A stretch of 62,400 nucleotides of DNA from an uncultured Planctomycetaceae bacterium (GTDB taxonomy: Bacteria > Planctomycetota > UBA8742 > UBA2392), in the NCBI GenBank assembly GCA_964652605.1, contig CAZZBH010000005.1:1-62400 (forward strand). Reading direction: 5' to 3'. The translations under genes and the position numbers were made by a program. Below are positions 41,039-50,928 of the stretch, one piece after another; within the stretch, counting starts at the first letter, position 1; every line of letters starts with the position of its first letter. The notes under the pieces were generated by a model, which was not told the origin of the DNA, did no database searches, and was given only the letters and a program-made list of their open reading frames with translations.

Positions 41039-43924
41039 GTGCCGGACGTGCTTATCGAGTCGCCATGGCTGATGCTGACAGCGCTTCCGTTGCTTGGTGT
41101 CGCAGTCTGGGTTCTTGTTCGCACCGGCTCGCCTCTGTCGCGTTCACGGAGATTGTTCGGCGGCATCGCGCTGGCGCTGGCCGTAATCGCCCTGGTGGCC
41201 GCTGCTGCAGAAGTCGCCTGGCAGCAAGCCGGAAGCGGGCGAACGATCTGGGTGCTGGTTGACCGCTCGCTTTCCGCGGGCGACAACGCAGAGCGCCGCC
41301 TTCAGGGCGTACTGGAAGAGCTGGCACACAGCATCCCCGAAGGCGACTATGTTGGCGTAATCGGCTACGGTGGGCGCGCCGAGTTGACCCTTTCACCCAC
41401 TCCGGCGGCGCAACTTGACCCCTCACTGAAGCTCCCACCGTCAATGCCGTCAGACGAAACCCTGCTTGGGGCAGCGTTGGAGCTGGCAGTGCGCAGCACC
41501 GTGCCGGGCACGGCACCCGTGGCCTTGACCATCGGCGATGGCTACGACAGCGCCGATCGCTACGGCGGCGACGTGGTGATGGACGCCCGCACACGCGCCA
41601 CGCCGGTGTTTGCGATACCTGTTGACTCCGCGCCGCTGCCTGAGGTCGCATTGGCAGATCTGCGCGCCCGCCTGATGGGCAACGAGAAGCAGGTGATTGC
41701 GCTGGAACTGGTGATTCACAGCAGCGTGCCGCAATACGTGATACCTGAGATTCGGCTGGATGGGCAGTCGGCCGCTGGTCTGATCCAGGGCGAGCGCCTG
41801 AATGCTGATGGCGGTTTTCAGGTCGGCTCCGGTCGCACGCCGTTGCTGCTGACGCTTGAGCCTGAGCAGCAACGGGCGGTACACACCATCGAGGTTGCAC
41901 TCGCCGCCGACAATGACACGCATCCCGGCAACAACACCGGGCACGCGACCGTACAGGGCGGCGGAGATTCACACGTATTGCTGATTTATGGCAGCGATGG
42001 GCCCGAACTTGCGCTGACCCGCGCACTGCGGCGCGCCGGCATGCGCGTGACCAGCGGCGACCCAACGCTGCTGCCCTCGCGGTCCGAGGAGTTGCAGCGC
42101 TTTCAGGCAGTCTTGCTTTGCAGTGTGGCGGCGTCTGACATCAGCGTCGGGCAGCAGTCCATGATCGAGTCATTCGTGCGCGGCGGTGGCGGACTGGCGA
42201 TGATCGGCGGCCCGGACGCCTACGCCCCCGGCGGCTGGTATGAAACGGCCGTTGAACGGGTCTTGCCTGTTACCAGCGACGTCACTGAGAAGGGTCGGAA
42301 GCAGACACCGGCCATGGTCATCGCAGTGGACCGTAGCGGGAGCATGAGCGGCCAGGTCGGCACGTCAACCAAGATGGATCTCGCCAACGAAGGGGCCGTG
42401 CGCGCCGCGAAACTTTTGCCGCCTGCCAGCCTGTTCGGCCTTGTCAGCGTCAATACGCAGGCCAGCTGGATTGTTCCGTTCACGGAGTTGGAGGACCGCC
42501 GACTGACGGAGTCTCTGCTGCGCAGCAACTCCTGGGGCGGCGCGGGTATCTTCGTCGATGTCGCGATGCGTGCCGCACTACCTACTCTGCAAAACGCCAC
42601 AGCCACAAGCCGCCATCTGGTTCTGTTCTCGGACGGCAGTGACACCGAGTTCAGTCGCAACGGCAGCCCCCAGTCGGTAGTCGAAGAAGTCGCACAGGCA
42701 AATGAAAAGCACGATGTGACACTGTCCGTAATCTGCCTGGGTGACGGCAAGGACCGCCCGTTTCTTGAGCAACTGGCAGCAGCCGGCAAAGGCCGGTTTT
42801 TTCTCGTCACCGATGCAACGGCGCTGCCGGCTGTGTTCAGCCGCGAAGCGGCGCAGACGGCCGGCGCGTTTTTGAGGGAAGAGCCCTTTCGCCCGTGGCC
42901 CGGCTTGCAGGGACGCATGGTAGAGGGGGTGGACTTTCGATCCGAGCAGTCGCCGCCGCTGCTCGGCTACGTCGCCACCACGGCACGGCCGGAAGCCAGC
43001 GTCTGGCTGTGGGCCGACGAAGACCGCGAGCGCCCCTTGCTGGCAACCTGGCATGTCGGCGTCGGCAAGGCACTGGCCTTTACCAGCGATGCGCGCGACC
43101 GCTGGGCGGAGCAGTGGCTTGGTTGGAGCGCGTACGACGAGATGTGGCAGCGATGGATCGAGTGGCTGCTGCCGCAACCCGAGAACACGGCAGGCCTAGA
43201 ATCCGAATGGACGATGACCGCCGGCGGGCCCGAGCTGTTGCTGTGGTTTTTTGACCCGGACGGAAACCCCCGCGACCTCCGATCACCGGACGCAGAAATC
43301 ATCCTGCCCGATGGTACGACCAGGAGCACACGGGTGCTGCCCGCCGCTCCGGGATCGTACCGGGTACAGTTCCCTGCCGGCGGCCCGGGCGCATACTCGG
43401 CGATTGTGAGCGAGACGGCTGACTCGGGCGAGAGGCGCAGCGCGGCCCGCTTGCGCCGCATGCTGGTGCCGGTGCAGGAGCTGATTTCACGACCGGCGGA
43501 CACTGCAACCCTTCGCGCTATCGGCGACGCCACCGGCGGCAAAGTTGTTGCAACTGCTCGCGAAGTCGCGGAGGCCCGCGTCGCCGGCGGCCTCGAAACC
43601 GTGCGGCCGAACCAGCTTCCAATCTGGCTGGGCCTGGCTGGGCTGCTGCTCGGCCTGGGTGCAAGACGCCTGCCCTCGGTCTGGAGGCGACGCGACGGCA
43701 AACAGGTGACTGCCGAAGACTCGGAGCAGCTGACGAATGTTGCATTTGACCGCGTCCGCAAGCGGATGGAACAGGCACGCAAGCCGCGGCGCAACATCCC
43801 GCCTCCGGGCGTCGTGCCGCCAGTGGCGCATACCCGCAATGCGCCAGCCGCTTCAAGCGCGGAATCGGCCTTGTCAGCCATGCGCAAGGTACGTAATGAA
43901 CTGAAGGAGAAAGATTCGTCGTGA
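41039..43924 (+). CDS. BatA-like N-terminal double-TM / von Willebrand factor A domain protein
   Basis: N-terminus SPWLMLTALPLLGVAVWVLVRTG plus a second TM. VWA MIDAS VIAVDRSGSMSG. C-terminal TM and a basic tail. Confidence 0.7.
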   Translation: MPDVLIESPWLMLTALPLLGVAVWVLVRTGSPLSRSRRLFGGIALALAVIALVAAAAEVAWQQAGSGRTIWVLVDRSLSAGDNAERRLQGVLEELAHSIPEGDYVGVIGYGGRAELTLSPTPAAQLDPSLKLPPSMPSDETLLGAALELAVRSTVPGTAPVALTIGDGYDSADRYGGDVVMDARTRATPVFAIPVDSAPLPEVALADLRARLMGNEKQVIALELVIHSSVPQYVIPEIRLDGQSAAGLIQGERLNADGGFQVGSGRTPLLLTLEPEQQRAVHTIEVALAADNDTHPGNNTGHATVQGGGDSHVLLIYGSDGPELALTRALRRAGMRVTSGDPTLLPSRSEELQRFQAVLLCSVAASDISVGQQSMIESFVRGGGGLAMIGGPDAYAPGGWYETAVERVLPVTSDVTEKGRKQTPAMVIAVDRSGSMSGQVGTSTKMDLANEGAVRAAKLLPPASLFGLVSVNTQASWIVPFTELEDRRLTESLLRSNSWGGAGIFVDVAMRAALPTLQNATATSRHLVLFSDGSDTEFSRNGSPQSVVEEVAQANEKHDVTLSVICLGDGKDRPFLEQLAAAGKGRFFLVTDATALPAVFSREAAQTAGAFLREEPFRPWPGLQGRMVEGVDFRSEQSPPLLGYVATTARPEASVWLWADEDRERPLLATWHVGVGKALAFTSDARDRWAEQWLGWSAYDEMWQRWIEWLLPQPENTAGLESEWTMTAGGPELLLWFFDPDGNPRDLRSPDAEIILPDGTTRSTRVLPAAPGSYRVQFPAGGPGAYSAIVSETADSGERRSAARLRRMLVPVQELISRPADTATLRAIGDATGGKVVATAREVAEARVAGGLETVRPNQLPIWLGLAGLLLGLGARRLPSVWRRRDGKQVTAEDSEQLTNVAFDRVRKRMEQARKPRRNIPPPGVVPPVAHTRNAPAASSAESALSAMRKVRNELKEKDSS

Positions 43925-44532
43925 GAACTACGCTGCTGGCATTGCTGGCCTGCTGGCTGGCTGGGTGCACGCTGGGGTCCACCACCACGGCGCGGCCGGC
44001 GCTTTCGCTGCCGCCAGTCAGCCCCGAAGGCACGTTGTGGAGCGCGATTGAGGTCTCCCGCGCCGAAAAACCGGCCAGCCTGCTGCATGTTCTCAGTCCC
44101 GGCTTTCTGCACTCATCATTCATTCCGCTGCGACGTTTTGACGAGCCCTCTACGCAGGCCGAGCTTGAACGTTTGCGCGTAGAGGTTGACGCGGCGCTGG
44201 AACGTGCAGCAATGGCAAACGGCCACAACCTTGAGCTTGAGAAGCTTCGGCTTGCCACTGGCTACGCGACATTCCTGCGTGAGCTGGCGAGAGACAGGCT
44301 GATCGAGGTCGGGCCGCCCAGCTACGACGACATTCGCTTCCGTGACGAGTACAACCGCGCCTGGGGCCCGAACGTCGTCCGCCTGCAAGTGCAAATGTAC
44401 CCGAAGGAGCCGTTGCCCGAGGATTTCGTGCCCGAAGTTCTGACCGTCATCTTCATCCAGGACGGCAATCGCTGGCTGATCGAAGGCTTCGACCCGGATC
44501 CGCAGAAGGGCACTTACGTCTGGACACAGTAG
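43921..44532 (+). CDS. Lipoprotein, function unknown
   Basis: The start overlaps the upstream stop (GTGA). Lipobox LLACWLAGC. Confidence 0.55.
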   Translation: MRTTLLALLACWLAGCTLGSTTTARPALSLPPVSPEGTLWSAIEVSRAEKPASLLHVLSPGFLHSSFIPLRRFDEPSTQAELERLRVEVDAALERAAMANGHNLELEKLRLATGYATFLRELARDRLIEVGPPSYDDIRFRDEYNRAWGPNVVRLQVQMYPKEPLPEDFVPEVLTVIFIQDGNRWLIEGFDPDPQKGTYVWTQ

Positions 44533-44590
44533 CCATCCGCAAGTTTTTGAATTGGCCGGAGCCGCTGGCAGTGCGGCGACCACCGCGCCG

Positions 44591-45832
44591 CTAGAATGTC
44601 GCCTTGCCCATCATCCGCATTGGCTGCATGGCAATGTTGGCGACCAAGCCGACCGAAATAAACGCCGACAGCAGGCTAGATCCGCCATAGCTCACCAGCG
44701 GCAGCGTAATGCCCGTGACAGGCAGGACACCGCTGACCACTCCGACGTTGATCGCGGCTTGTGCGAAGAACATTGATGCGACACCGACAACTACAAGCCG
44801 TGAAAAGGGCTCGCGCGTTCCATGTCCAACACGAAGCATGCGCGTGACCATAAAGAAGAAGAGGCCAAGAAACACCGCCACGCCGAGCAAGCCAGTCTCC
44901 TGCGAAATCACAGCGAAAATGAAGTCGTTGTGCCGCTCTGGTAGAAATGCAAGCTGGCTTTGCGATCCCATCCCAAAGCCTTCACCCGACAAGCCACCAC
45001 TGCCGACAGCGGTCATCGAGGTCATGATGTGGTAGCCGTCGCCGCTTCGGTCCGCAATTTCCCCCGTCAATCCACCGAGGTAGATCTCGATGCGCTTCAT
45101 CTGGTGGTCTTTCAGCATGCCGGCAAGGAACGCTGCAGGAATCACCGAAATACCCAGCACAGCCATGCCAGCCAGGTAAATGCGGTTGCCGCCGGCTGTC
45201 CAAACCATTGCCGCCGCCACGGGAATGAATACCAGCGCCGTCCCCAGATCAGGCTGCATCAGGATTGGCAGAAGAAACGCGCCGACAATGCCGACGCACC
45301 AAAGAAAGGCACGCGGGCTGTCCACGCTCTGATGAAAGCGCAGGTATCCTGCCAGCGCCAGAACAAGCAGTGGCTTGCACAGCTCGCTCGGTTGCAGGCC
45401 GAGGGGGCCGAACATGATCCAGCTTCGTGCGCCGTTTACCGTGCGCCCGAACACCAGCACAGCCGCAAGCAACACCAGCCCAAGCGCCAGGAAGGCGTAC
45501 CAGTGCGTGGCCAGCAATCGTGGTGGCATCAGCGCGACAACAAGCATCAGCAGCAGGCCAAGACACCCAAATGCCGCCTGGCGGACATGAAAATCGCGCG
45601 GCTGCGCCAGGCCCTCGGCAAGAAGTTCAAAGTCGGTCGAAGCGGAGTAGATGAAGGCAATGCCCAGCACCGCCAGCAGCACAGCCGGAATAACGACCGC
45701 CAGCGGCAGCGCGCGCAGCAGACTGACCTTCTGTCGAATGCGATTTCTGATTCGCACAGGTTGTCCCCATTCGACTATCGTCGCGCGGGTGCTAGAACCT
45801 TGAGGCGCAGACGCGCCGTTGCGGCTTGCCAC
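44591..45832 (-). CDS. FtsW/RodA/SpoVE-family peptidoglycan glycosyltransferase
   Basis: About 10 TM helices. Motifs ...QPSELCKP..., ...PDLGTALV..., ...HNDFIFAVI...E.G..G and ...LPLVSYGGSS. An alternative GTG start lies at 45757. Confidence 0.85.
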   Translation of the reverse strand: MASRNGASAPQGSSTRATIVEWGQPVRIRNRIRQKVSLLRALPLAVVIPAVLLAVLGIAFIYSASTDFELLAEGLAQPRDFHVRQAAFGCLGLLLMLVVALMPPRLLATHWYAFLALGLVLLAAVLVFGRTVNGARSWIMFGPLGLQPSELCKPLLVLALAGYLRFHQSVDSPRAFLWCVGIVGAFLLPILMQPDLGTALVFIPVAAAMVWTAGGNRIYLAGMAVLGISVIPAAFLAGMLKDHQMKRIEIYLGGLTGEIADRSGDGYHIMTSMTAVGSGGLSGEGFGMGSQSQLAFLPERHNDFIFAVISQETGLLGVAVFLGLFFFMVTRMLRVGHGTREPFSRLVVVGVASMFFAQAAINVGVVSGVLPVTGITLPLVSYGGSSLLSAFISVGLVANIAMQPMRMMGKATF

Positions 45833-45875
45833 GGGCGCTCAGTTGCGTTTAATCCGGTACTCTGGGGGTCGGGGA

Positions 45876-46715
45876 ATGCCTCGAATCAATGACGCGAACT
45901 TCGAACAGTACTTGAAGGAGATTCGCGAAACACCACTGCTTACCGCTGAGCAGGAACTCACACTGTCACGACGCATCCGCGGCGGCGACGAAGCCGCGCG
46001 TGAACAGATGATCAAGGCCAACCTGCGCCTCGTGGTCTCGGTCGCCAAGGAGTTCCTGAACCGCGGCCTGCCGTTCATGGACCTGATCGCGGAAGGCAAC
46101 ATCGGCTTGATGCGAGGTATCGAAAAGTTTGACCCTGAGCAGGGCAACCGCTTTTCGACCTACGGCGTGCACTGGATCAAGCAGGCAATCCGGCGCGCGC
46201 TGGTCAACTCCAGCAAGACGGTGCGCATCCCCAGCTACATGGTCGAGATCATCAGCCAGTTCAAGCAGAAAAGCAGCGAAATGACGATGAAGGCCGGCGG
46301 CAAGAAGCCGGACACCAGGCTGATTGCCAAAGAAATCGGCTTGACCGACGACCAGCTGGACATGATGCGGGCCGCGTTGAACTCGACCACGCAAAGCTCC
46401 GACTTTCGCTCTGCCGACGGCGAAGCCAGCCTGACCGACATGATTGCCGATGAGCGGAGCCCGGACCCGGCCGAGGAGGTGATGACGGCCAACGAAGTGC
46501 TGATGCTGCAGGAAATGCTGGAAGGCATCAGCGAGCGCGAGGCGAAAATCCTGAAGATGCGCTACGGCATCGACCACGACCACCCGATGACACTGTCGGA
46601 GATCGGCGAAGAACTGGGGTTGACGCGCGAGCGCATCCGGCAGATCGAAAACAACGCGATCCGCACGCTGCAGACGATCCTGTCCCGCAAGCGGGGCTAC
46701 CAGGACGAGAACTGA
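45876..46715 (+). CDS. RNA polymerase sigma factor, sigma-70 family (RpoD/RpoS-like, regions 1.2-4)
   Basis: Region 2 ANLRLVVSVAKEFLNRGLPFMDLIAEGNIGLMRGIEKFDPEQGNRFSTYGVHWIKQAIRRAL. Region 4 MTLSEIGEELGLTRERIRQIENNAIRTL. Confidence 0.85.
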   Translation: MPRINDANFEQYLKEIRETPLLTAEQELTLSRRIRGGDEAAREQMIKANLRLVVSVAKEFLNRGLPFMDLIAEGNIGLMRGIEKFDPEQGNRFSTYGVHWIKQAIRRALVNSSKTVRIPSYMVEIISQFKQKSSEMTMKAGGKKPDTRLIAKEIGLTDDQLDMMRAALNSTTQSSDFRSADGEASLTDMIADERSPDPAEEVMTANEVLMLQEMLEGISEREAKILKMRYGIDHDHPMTLSEIGEELGLTRERIRQIENNAIRTLQTILSRKRGYQDEN

Positions 46716-46717
46716 TC

Positions 46718-49201
46718 ATGCCGCACCAGGCCATCCTGGACCTGCCTATCATCGAGTTCGAGGCATTTCGCGACTCGCCCTCTTCGCTGCACGCTCGTTG
46801 TATTCAGCACTACGGCATCAGTGGCCTGGCGCCTCATGCGGACGCTGTCTTTCACCTGGGCGCGAGCCTGTGGCGCTACCGTGAGTCCGAATCTCCCAAG
46901 CAGGTTGCGGGCCTGGCGGCTTGCTACCTGGTCGCGCTTTCCGACCTTGTCTCGGCGCGCCGTCGTCTGGACGCCGCGCGAAAGAGCACCCGCAGCCTGA
47001 AGCGCATCCGCGACGCCGAGATTACGCACGAGGACGCAACGCACCATTTGTCTGAAGTGACGCGAGTGTTGATCGACTTCGTCGCCGACATGATTGGTGC
47101 CACATCGCTGGAGCCGGCCCGCGCACGTCGTCGCCTGGAATCGAACATCGAAGCCATGGGTGAGCGTGACTGGACCGCCGAGCTTGAGCGCGCCGCACAA
47201 GGATTTGTCGAAGGCAAACCCCGCGTACGCTGGACCGACACGCTGATCGATGTGCTCGACGCGCTCGAAGCCGCACCGCTGCCCACCCGCGCAGCGAACG
47301 GCCGCGGCCGCAGCACAGAGGTTGAAGAGCGCGTGCTGCGTCGCCTGGAGGACGAACTCGACGAGTACCGCCGCCTGGCCAACAGTGCCAGCCTTCGACT
47401 GCAGCAGGTGGACAGCGAGCGCCGCGAGCTTGAGCAGGAACTTACCCAGACTCGCAGCGCCTACAGCCACCGCACACTTGAGTTGCAGGAGGCCCGCAAC
47501 GCGCTGGAGGAATCGCTGCTGCAGGCACGGTCGCGCCTTGAGAGGCTGGAGAGCGACGTCGGCCCGCAACTGCGCGACGAGCTTCGCCAGGCCCGGGAGG
47601 AGCGTGACCGACTGGCCGATGAGCTGTTGCAGGCCCTGAGCAGCGCCACTGACAGCGAGGCCGCGCGCGAAGAATTGCTTGAACAGATTGAGCTTGCAGC
47701 CGTTGACCGCACACAGGCCGCTGACGCAATCGGCTCGCTGAGTTCCCGCCTGGACGCGGTGCAAAAAGACGCCGAGACAACTGCCGAGCGCGCCGAGGCA
47801 TATCGCCAGCGCATGGGCGAGCTTGAAGATGACCGCAACGCTCTGCGCGCCGAGCTGGCCGAGCTAAGCCGCAGACTCGACCAGGCCCGCGCAACGATCA
47901 CAGCGCTTGAAAGGGCGCAGGGCCACAGCGTCGAGACCGAGCAGCAATTGAAGGAGGCACTGGCAGCGGTCGCTGATCACGACAAGCAACTCGCGCAAGC
48001 CGCCGACAGGCAAGCAGCCATCACCGCCGAGCTGGAGGATACCCTCGCCGAGCTTGAGCGCACGCGCGACCAGCTTGCCCGGCTTGGCAATGAGCACGGC
48101 GTGCTGGCAACGCGGCTTGCCGAAATTGAGTCGGTTGCAGCGCAGCGCCAGCGCAACCTCGCAACAATTGAAGGCGAGCGCACCGAGTTGCGGGCACAGC
48201 TTGAACAAACGCAGAAAGACAAGGCCCGTGCGGAGAAGTCAGTCGATAACGTGCGCGGTGAACTGGACGCGCTGCGCGAATCCCGCAGCCTGCTGGCGCA
48301 GCAATTGCAGGCGCTGGAAGGAAAGGCAGCAGAAGCCACGCGCAAACTGACAATGCGCGAGAAGGACACGGGCCGCCTGGAAAGCGAGCTGGAGGCAACA
48401 CAGAAACGAGTAGCGGAGTTGCAGGAGGCGCTTGCAAGGGCACAGCAGGCGGCGGGGGACCAGCAAGGCAGGCAGGCCGCCCTGGCAAGTTTGGAGGCAG
48501 AACTGGCAGACGCACGCAGCCGCGTTGCAGAGCTTGGGGCGCAGGCCGAAGTCGCGCGTAAGGAGACGCTTGAGCTGCGCGAGCAACTTGCGGCTGCCAA
48601 CGACCTGACGGCTGAGCGCAAACGCAACCAGGAAGAGAAGCTCACTCTGCTCAACGAGCGCCTGCACCGCCTGGAATCCGAAAACCGGCAGTTGACGGAA
48701 ATGCTGTCGCGCCACGAGGATGCTCGCACCGAAGAAAGGCGTGAACTGGAGGAAGTAGCCGCTCGCGCGGGTACGGACTCAGTCTCACTGCGTGAGAAAC
48801 TCAATGGCGCGACCCAGGAATACCGCCGGTTGCAGGATGCACTGAAGGAAGCGGAGTCGTTCTTGATCACGCGGCAGAGAGAGGCCGAGCGCGCCGCACA
48901 ACGCAGTGACTTTTTCGTTTCGCAGATCGCCGCCATGGCCGACCTGCGCGCAAAGTACGAATCGACCACCGACGAAGACACGCGGGCCGCAATTGCTTCG
49001 CAGATCAGCCGCAAGCTGGACAACCTGTTTGCCGAAGCCGGCCGACCGGTGCACGCTGATCGCAAGACAGAGAAGATTCTCATCCTCCACGTGAAGAAAG
49101 ACGCCAGTGATTTGAACGAAGAAGAAGCAGAAGATGTGGTTGCCGCGCCGCGCCGACGCAAGGCTAAGGGCGGATCCGCTTCCGGTGCGCGCGATGATTA
49201 G
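46718..49201 (+). CDS. Giant coiled-coil protein (~600 aa Glu/Arg/Ala/Leu-rich rod) with a ~130-aa non-coil N-terminal domain
   Basis: The ATG lies 2 nt after the sigma-factor stop. Heptad-like ELxxLRxELE composition runs through most of the 827 aa. Basic C-terminus. Confidence 0.65.
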   Translation: MPHQAILDLPIIEFEAFRDSPSSLHARCIQHYGISGLAPHADAVFHLGASLWRYRESESPKQVAGLAACYLVALSDLVSARRRLDAARKSTRSLKRIRDAEITHEDATHHLSEVTRVLIDFVADMIGATSLEPARARRRLESNIEAMGERDWTAELERAAQGFVEGKPRVRWTDTLIDVLDALEAAPLPTRAANGRGRSTEVEERVLRRLEDELDEYRRLANSASLRLQQVDSERRELEQELTQTRSAYSHRTLELQEARNALEESLLQARSRLERLESDVGPQLRDELRQAREERDRLADELLQALSSATDSEAAREELLEQIELAAVDRTQAADAIGSLSSRLDAVQKDAETTAERAEAYRQRMGELEDDRNALRAELAELSRRLDQARATITALERAQGHSVETEQQLKEALAAVADHDKQLAQAADRQAAITAELEDTLAELERTRDQLARLGNEHGVLATRLAEIESVAAQRQRNLATIEGERTELRAQLEQTQKDKARAEKSVDNVRGELDALRESRSLLAQQLQALEGKAAEATRKLTMREKDTGRLESELEATQKRVAELQEALARAQQAAGDQQGRQAALASLEAELADARSRVAELGAQAEVARKETLELREQLAAANDLTAERKRNQEEKLTLLNERLHRLESENRQLTEMLSRHEDARTEERRELEEVAARAGTDSVSLREKLNGATQEYRRLQDALKEAESFLITRQREAERAAQRSDFFVSQIAAMADLRAKYESTTDEDTRAAIASQISRKLDNLFAEAGRPVHADRKTEKILILHVKKDASDLNEEEAEDVVAAPRRRKAKGGSASGARDD

Positions 49202-49246
49202 GCACAATCACCCTTGGATTGAAGCCCGCATGCAAAGAGGCACGCC

Positions 49247-50146
49247 TTGGCATTGATGGACAACATTCCGGGATGGAAGGTCTTCTCGGCGGGCATCGGT
49301 ATTGCCGGCCTGGCCGTCGTCGGTTACTTCGCCTACCAGTGGTTTTTTGCAACACCGCAGGATCTCAAGCCGCTGCAACAGCAGGCAGTTGAGCACGCGC
49401 TGGGGCAACTGGCGGAGCGCTACCAGCAGAAGGTGCAGCGCGAGGGCCCGCAGAACGTCGTTGTCATGGCGGTGCAGGGCGACACGACAAACGCGCAGAT
49501 TCGCGCCATGACGGTCAGCCGCCTGGCGGGGGTGGAAGGTGTCAAGCCAAGCGACGCGCCAACTCCGGGACTGGAACGGCGCGCCGGCGCTCTGGTACGA
49601 AGCCTGATTCGCGAAGAGCCGGAAGAGGACCTCGATGCAAGTGAAGTGTTTGAGGACGCGGGCGAAGCGGACGAAGTGCTGACGCTGAAGGTAGAGCAGA
49701 TCTGGTCCGGCGCCGACAGCGGCATTTTTGAAGTGGACGTGTTTCGCATCGCACGCGACGACAGCGAGCAGCGCAAACCCATCATGCTGAAGCCCGAGCG
49801 AATCAAAGGCCTCAGCGGCACGGGTTTGCCGGCAGAGGTACGACCCGACGAAGGGCCGGGCTTCTGGTACCACGCCTGGCAGTTCATCTGGAAAACGCTG
49901 GTGGTGCTGGCCGCTGCCGCGATCATGCCGTTTCTGTCATGGCCGCTGGCTAAAGTCGCCTTCAGGCAGGACAGCAACGCCATGAACGCCGGGCTGCTGT
50001 TCGGCCTTACTGCCCTTGACCTGTTGGTGCTTTTCGCCCTGGCATCGTTCCAATTCACGACTGCGGCGGTGATCGGCGCGGGCCTGCTGCTGCCCGTCGC
50101 CCTGATCTACAATCTGCGCATCCTGAACCTGATAGAAGAAGGCTAG
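49247..50146 (+). CDS. Membrane protein, function unknown
   Basis: N-terminal TM (VFSAGIGIAGLAVVGYFAYQWFF) and 3-4 C-terminal TM helices. No recognised domain. Confidence 0.5.
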   Translation: MALMDNIPGWKVFSAGIGIAGLAVVGYFAYQWFFATPQDLKPLQQQAVEHALGQLAERYQQKVQREGPQNVVVMAVQGDTTNAQIRAMTVSRLAGVEGVKPSDAPTPGLERRAGALVRSLIREEPEEDLDASEVFEDAGEADEVLTLKVEQIWSGADSGIFEVDVFRIARDDSEQRKPIMLKPERIKGLSGTGLPAEVRPDEGPGFWYHAWQFIWKTLVVLAAAAIMPFLSWPLAKVAFRQDSNAMNAGLLFGLTALDLLVLFALASFQFTTAAVIGAGLLLPVALIYNLRILNLIEEG

Positions 50147-50155
50147 GAACAGGCG

Positions 50156-50743
50156 CTACTCGATGACCCTCCAGCCAGAATCCTGCTGCTCCCACACCTC
50201 GCCGGTCTCAATCGCGTACACCCAGCCGTGAAGGGCCAGCCTGCCCTCAGCCATCGCCGTCTTCACACACGGGTACTCGCGCAAATGCATGAGCTGAAAC
50301 ATCACGTTTTCGCGCGTGACCTCAAGCTGCATGTGGCTGTCCTCGCATGGCATCGTCACTGGCGCGTAGCTAAGCCACTCTTTGACTGCCGGCAGGTGAT
50401 CGACCGCTCGGGGCTGCAGCAAAGCAGACATCGCGCCGCAGCCTGTATGCCCCGCCACAATCACATCACGAATCGGCAGTGTGCTTACCGCATATTCAAT
50501 GCTTGCCGCGACGCCAGAAGGATGCATCCCCCACGGCGGCACGATGTTGCCGGCATTGCGCACGATGAACAGGTCCCCCGGGTCGGCCTGCGTGAAGTCG
50601 CCGATCTTGACACGAGAATCGCTGCACGCGATCACGAGGATCTCCGGCTTCTGCCCCTCCCGCATCAAACGCTCCAGTTGCGGGCGGATCTGCGGAAACA
50701 CTTCGGCGCGGTACTTTCGAATTCCTTCGCGAAGTTTATCCAT
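50156..50743 (-). CDS. Beta-class carbonic anhydrase
   Basis: Zn-ligand contexts VIACSDSRV and VAGHTGCGAM. Confidence 0.9.
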   Translation of the reverse strand: MDKLREGIRKYRAEVFPQIRPQLERLMREGQKPEILVIACSDSRVKIGDFTQADPGDLFIVRNAGNIVPPWGMHPSGVAASIEYAVSTLPIRDVIVAGHTGCGAMSALLQPRAVDHLPAVKEWLSYAPVTMPCEDSHMQLEVTRENVMFQLMHLREYPCVKTAMAEGRLALHGWVYAIETGEVWEQQDSGWRVIE

Positions 50744-50928
50744 GGCTCCAGTCGGTTAGTCGCCTGACGGTTCAGCGCAAGTATGCACACAGCCCCGCCG
50801 GGTACGCCACCACGGGCAGGGCGATTTTGCGGATTTGTTGTTTGCTTGCGTAGCTTCGTCACTTGCGACTGTCGCAATCGCCCGCGCGTTCAATACAATG
50901 CCCCCGCGTTGATTCGACCGGAGTAACG

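Noticed and set aside
42967-44258. Antisense ORFs 42967..44112 and 43518..44258
   Set aside because: They lie opposite the VWA protein and lipoprotein genes and have an Arg/Ser/Pro/Ala-rich artefact composition.
46697-49207. Antisense ORFs 46697..47764, 47977..49161 and others opposite the coiled-coil gene
   Set aside because: The sense strand is dominated by GAG/CTG/GCG/CGC codons, whose complements are also open. The antisense products are Ser/Arg/Ala low-complexity sequence.
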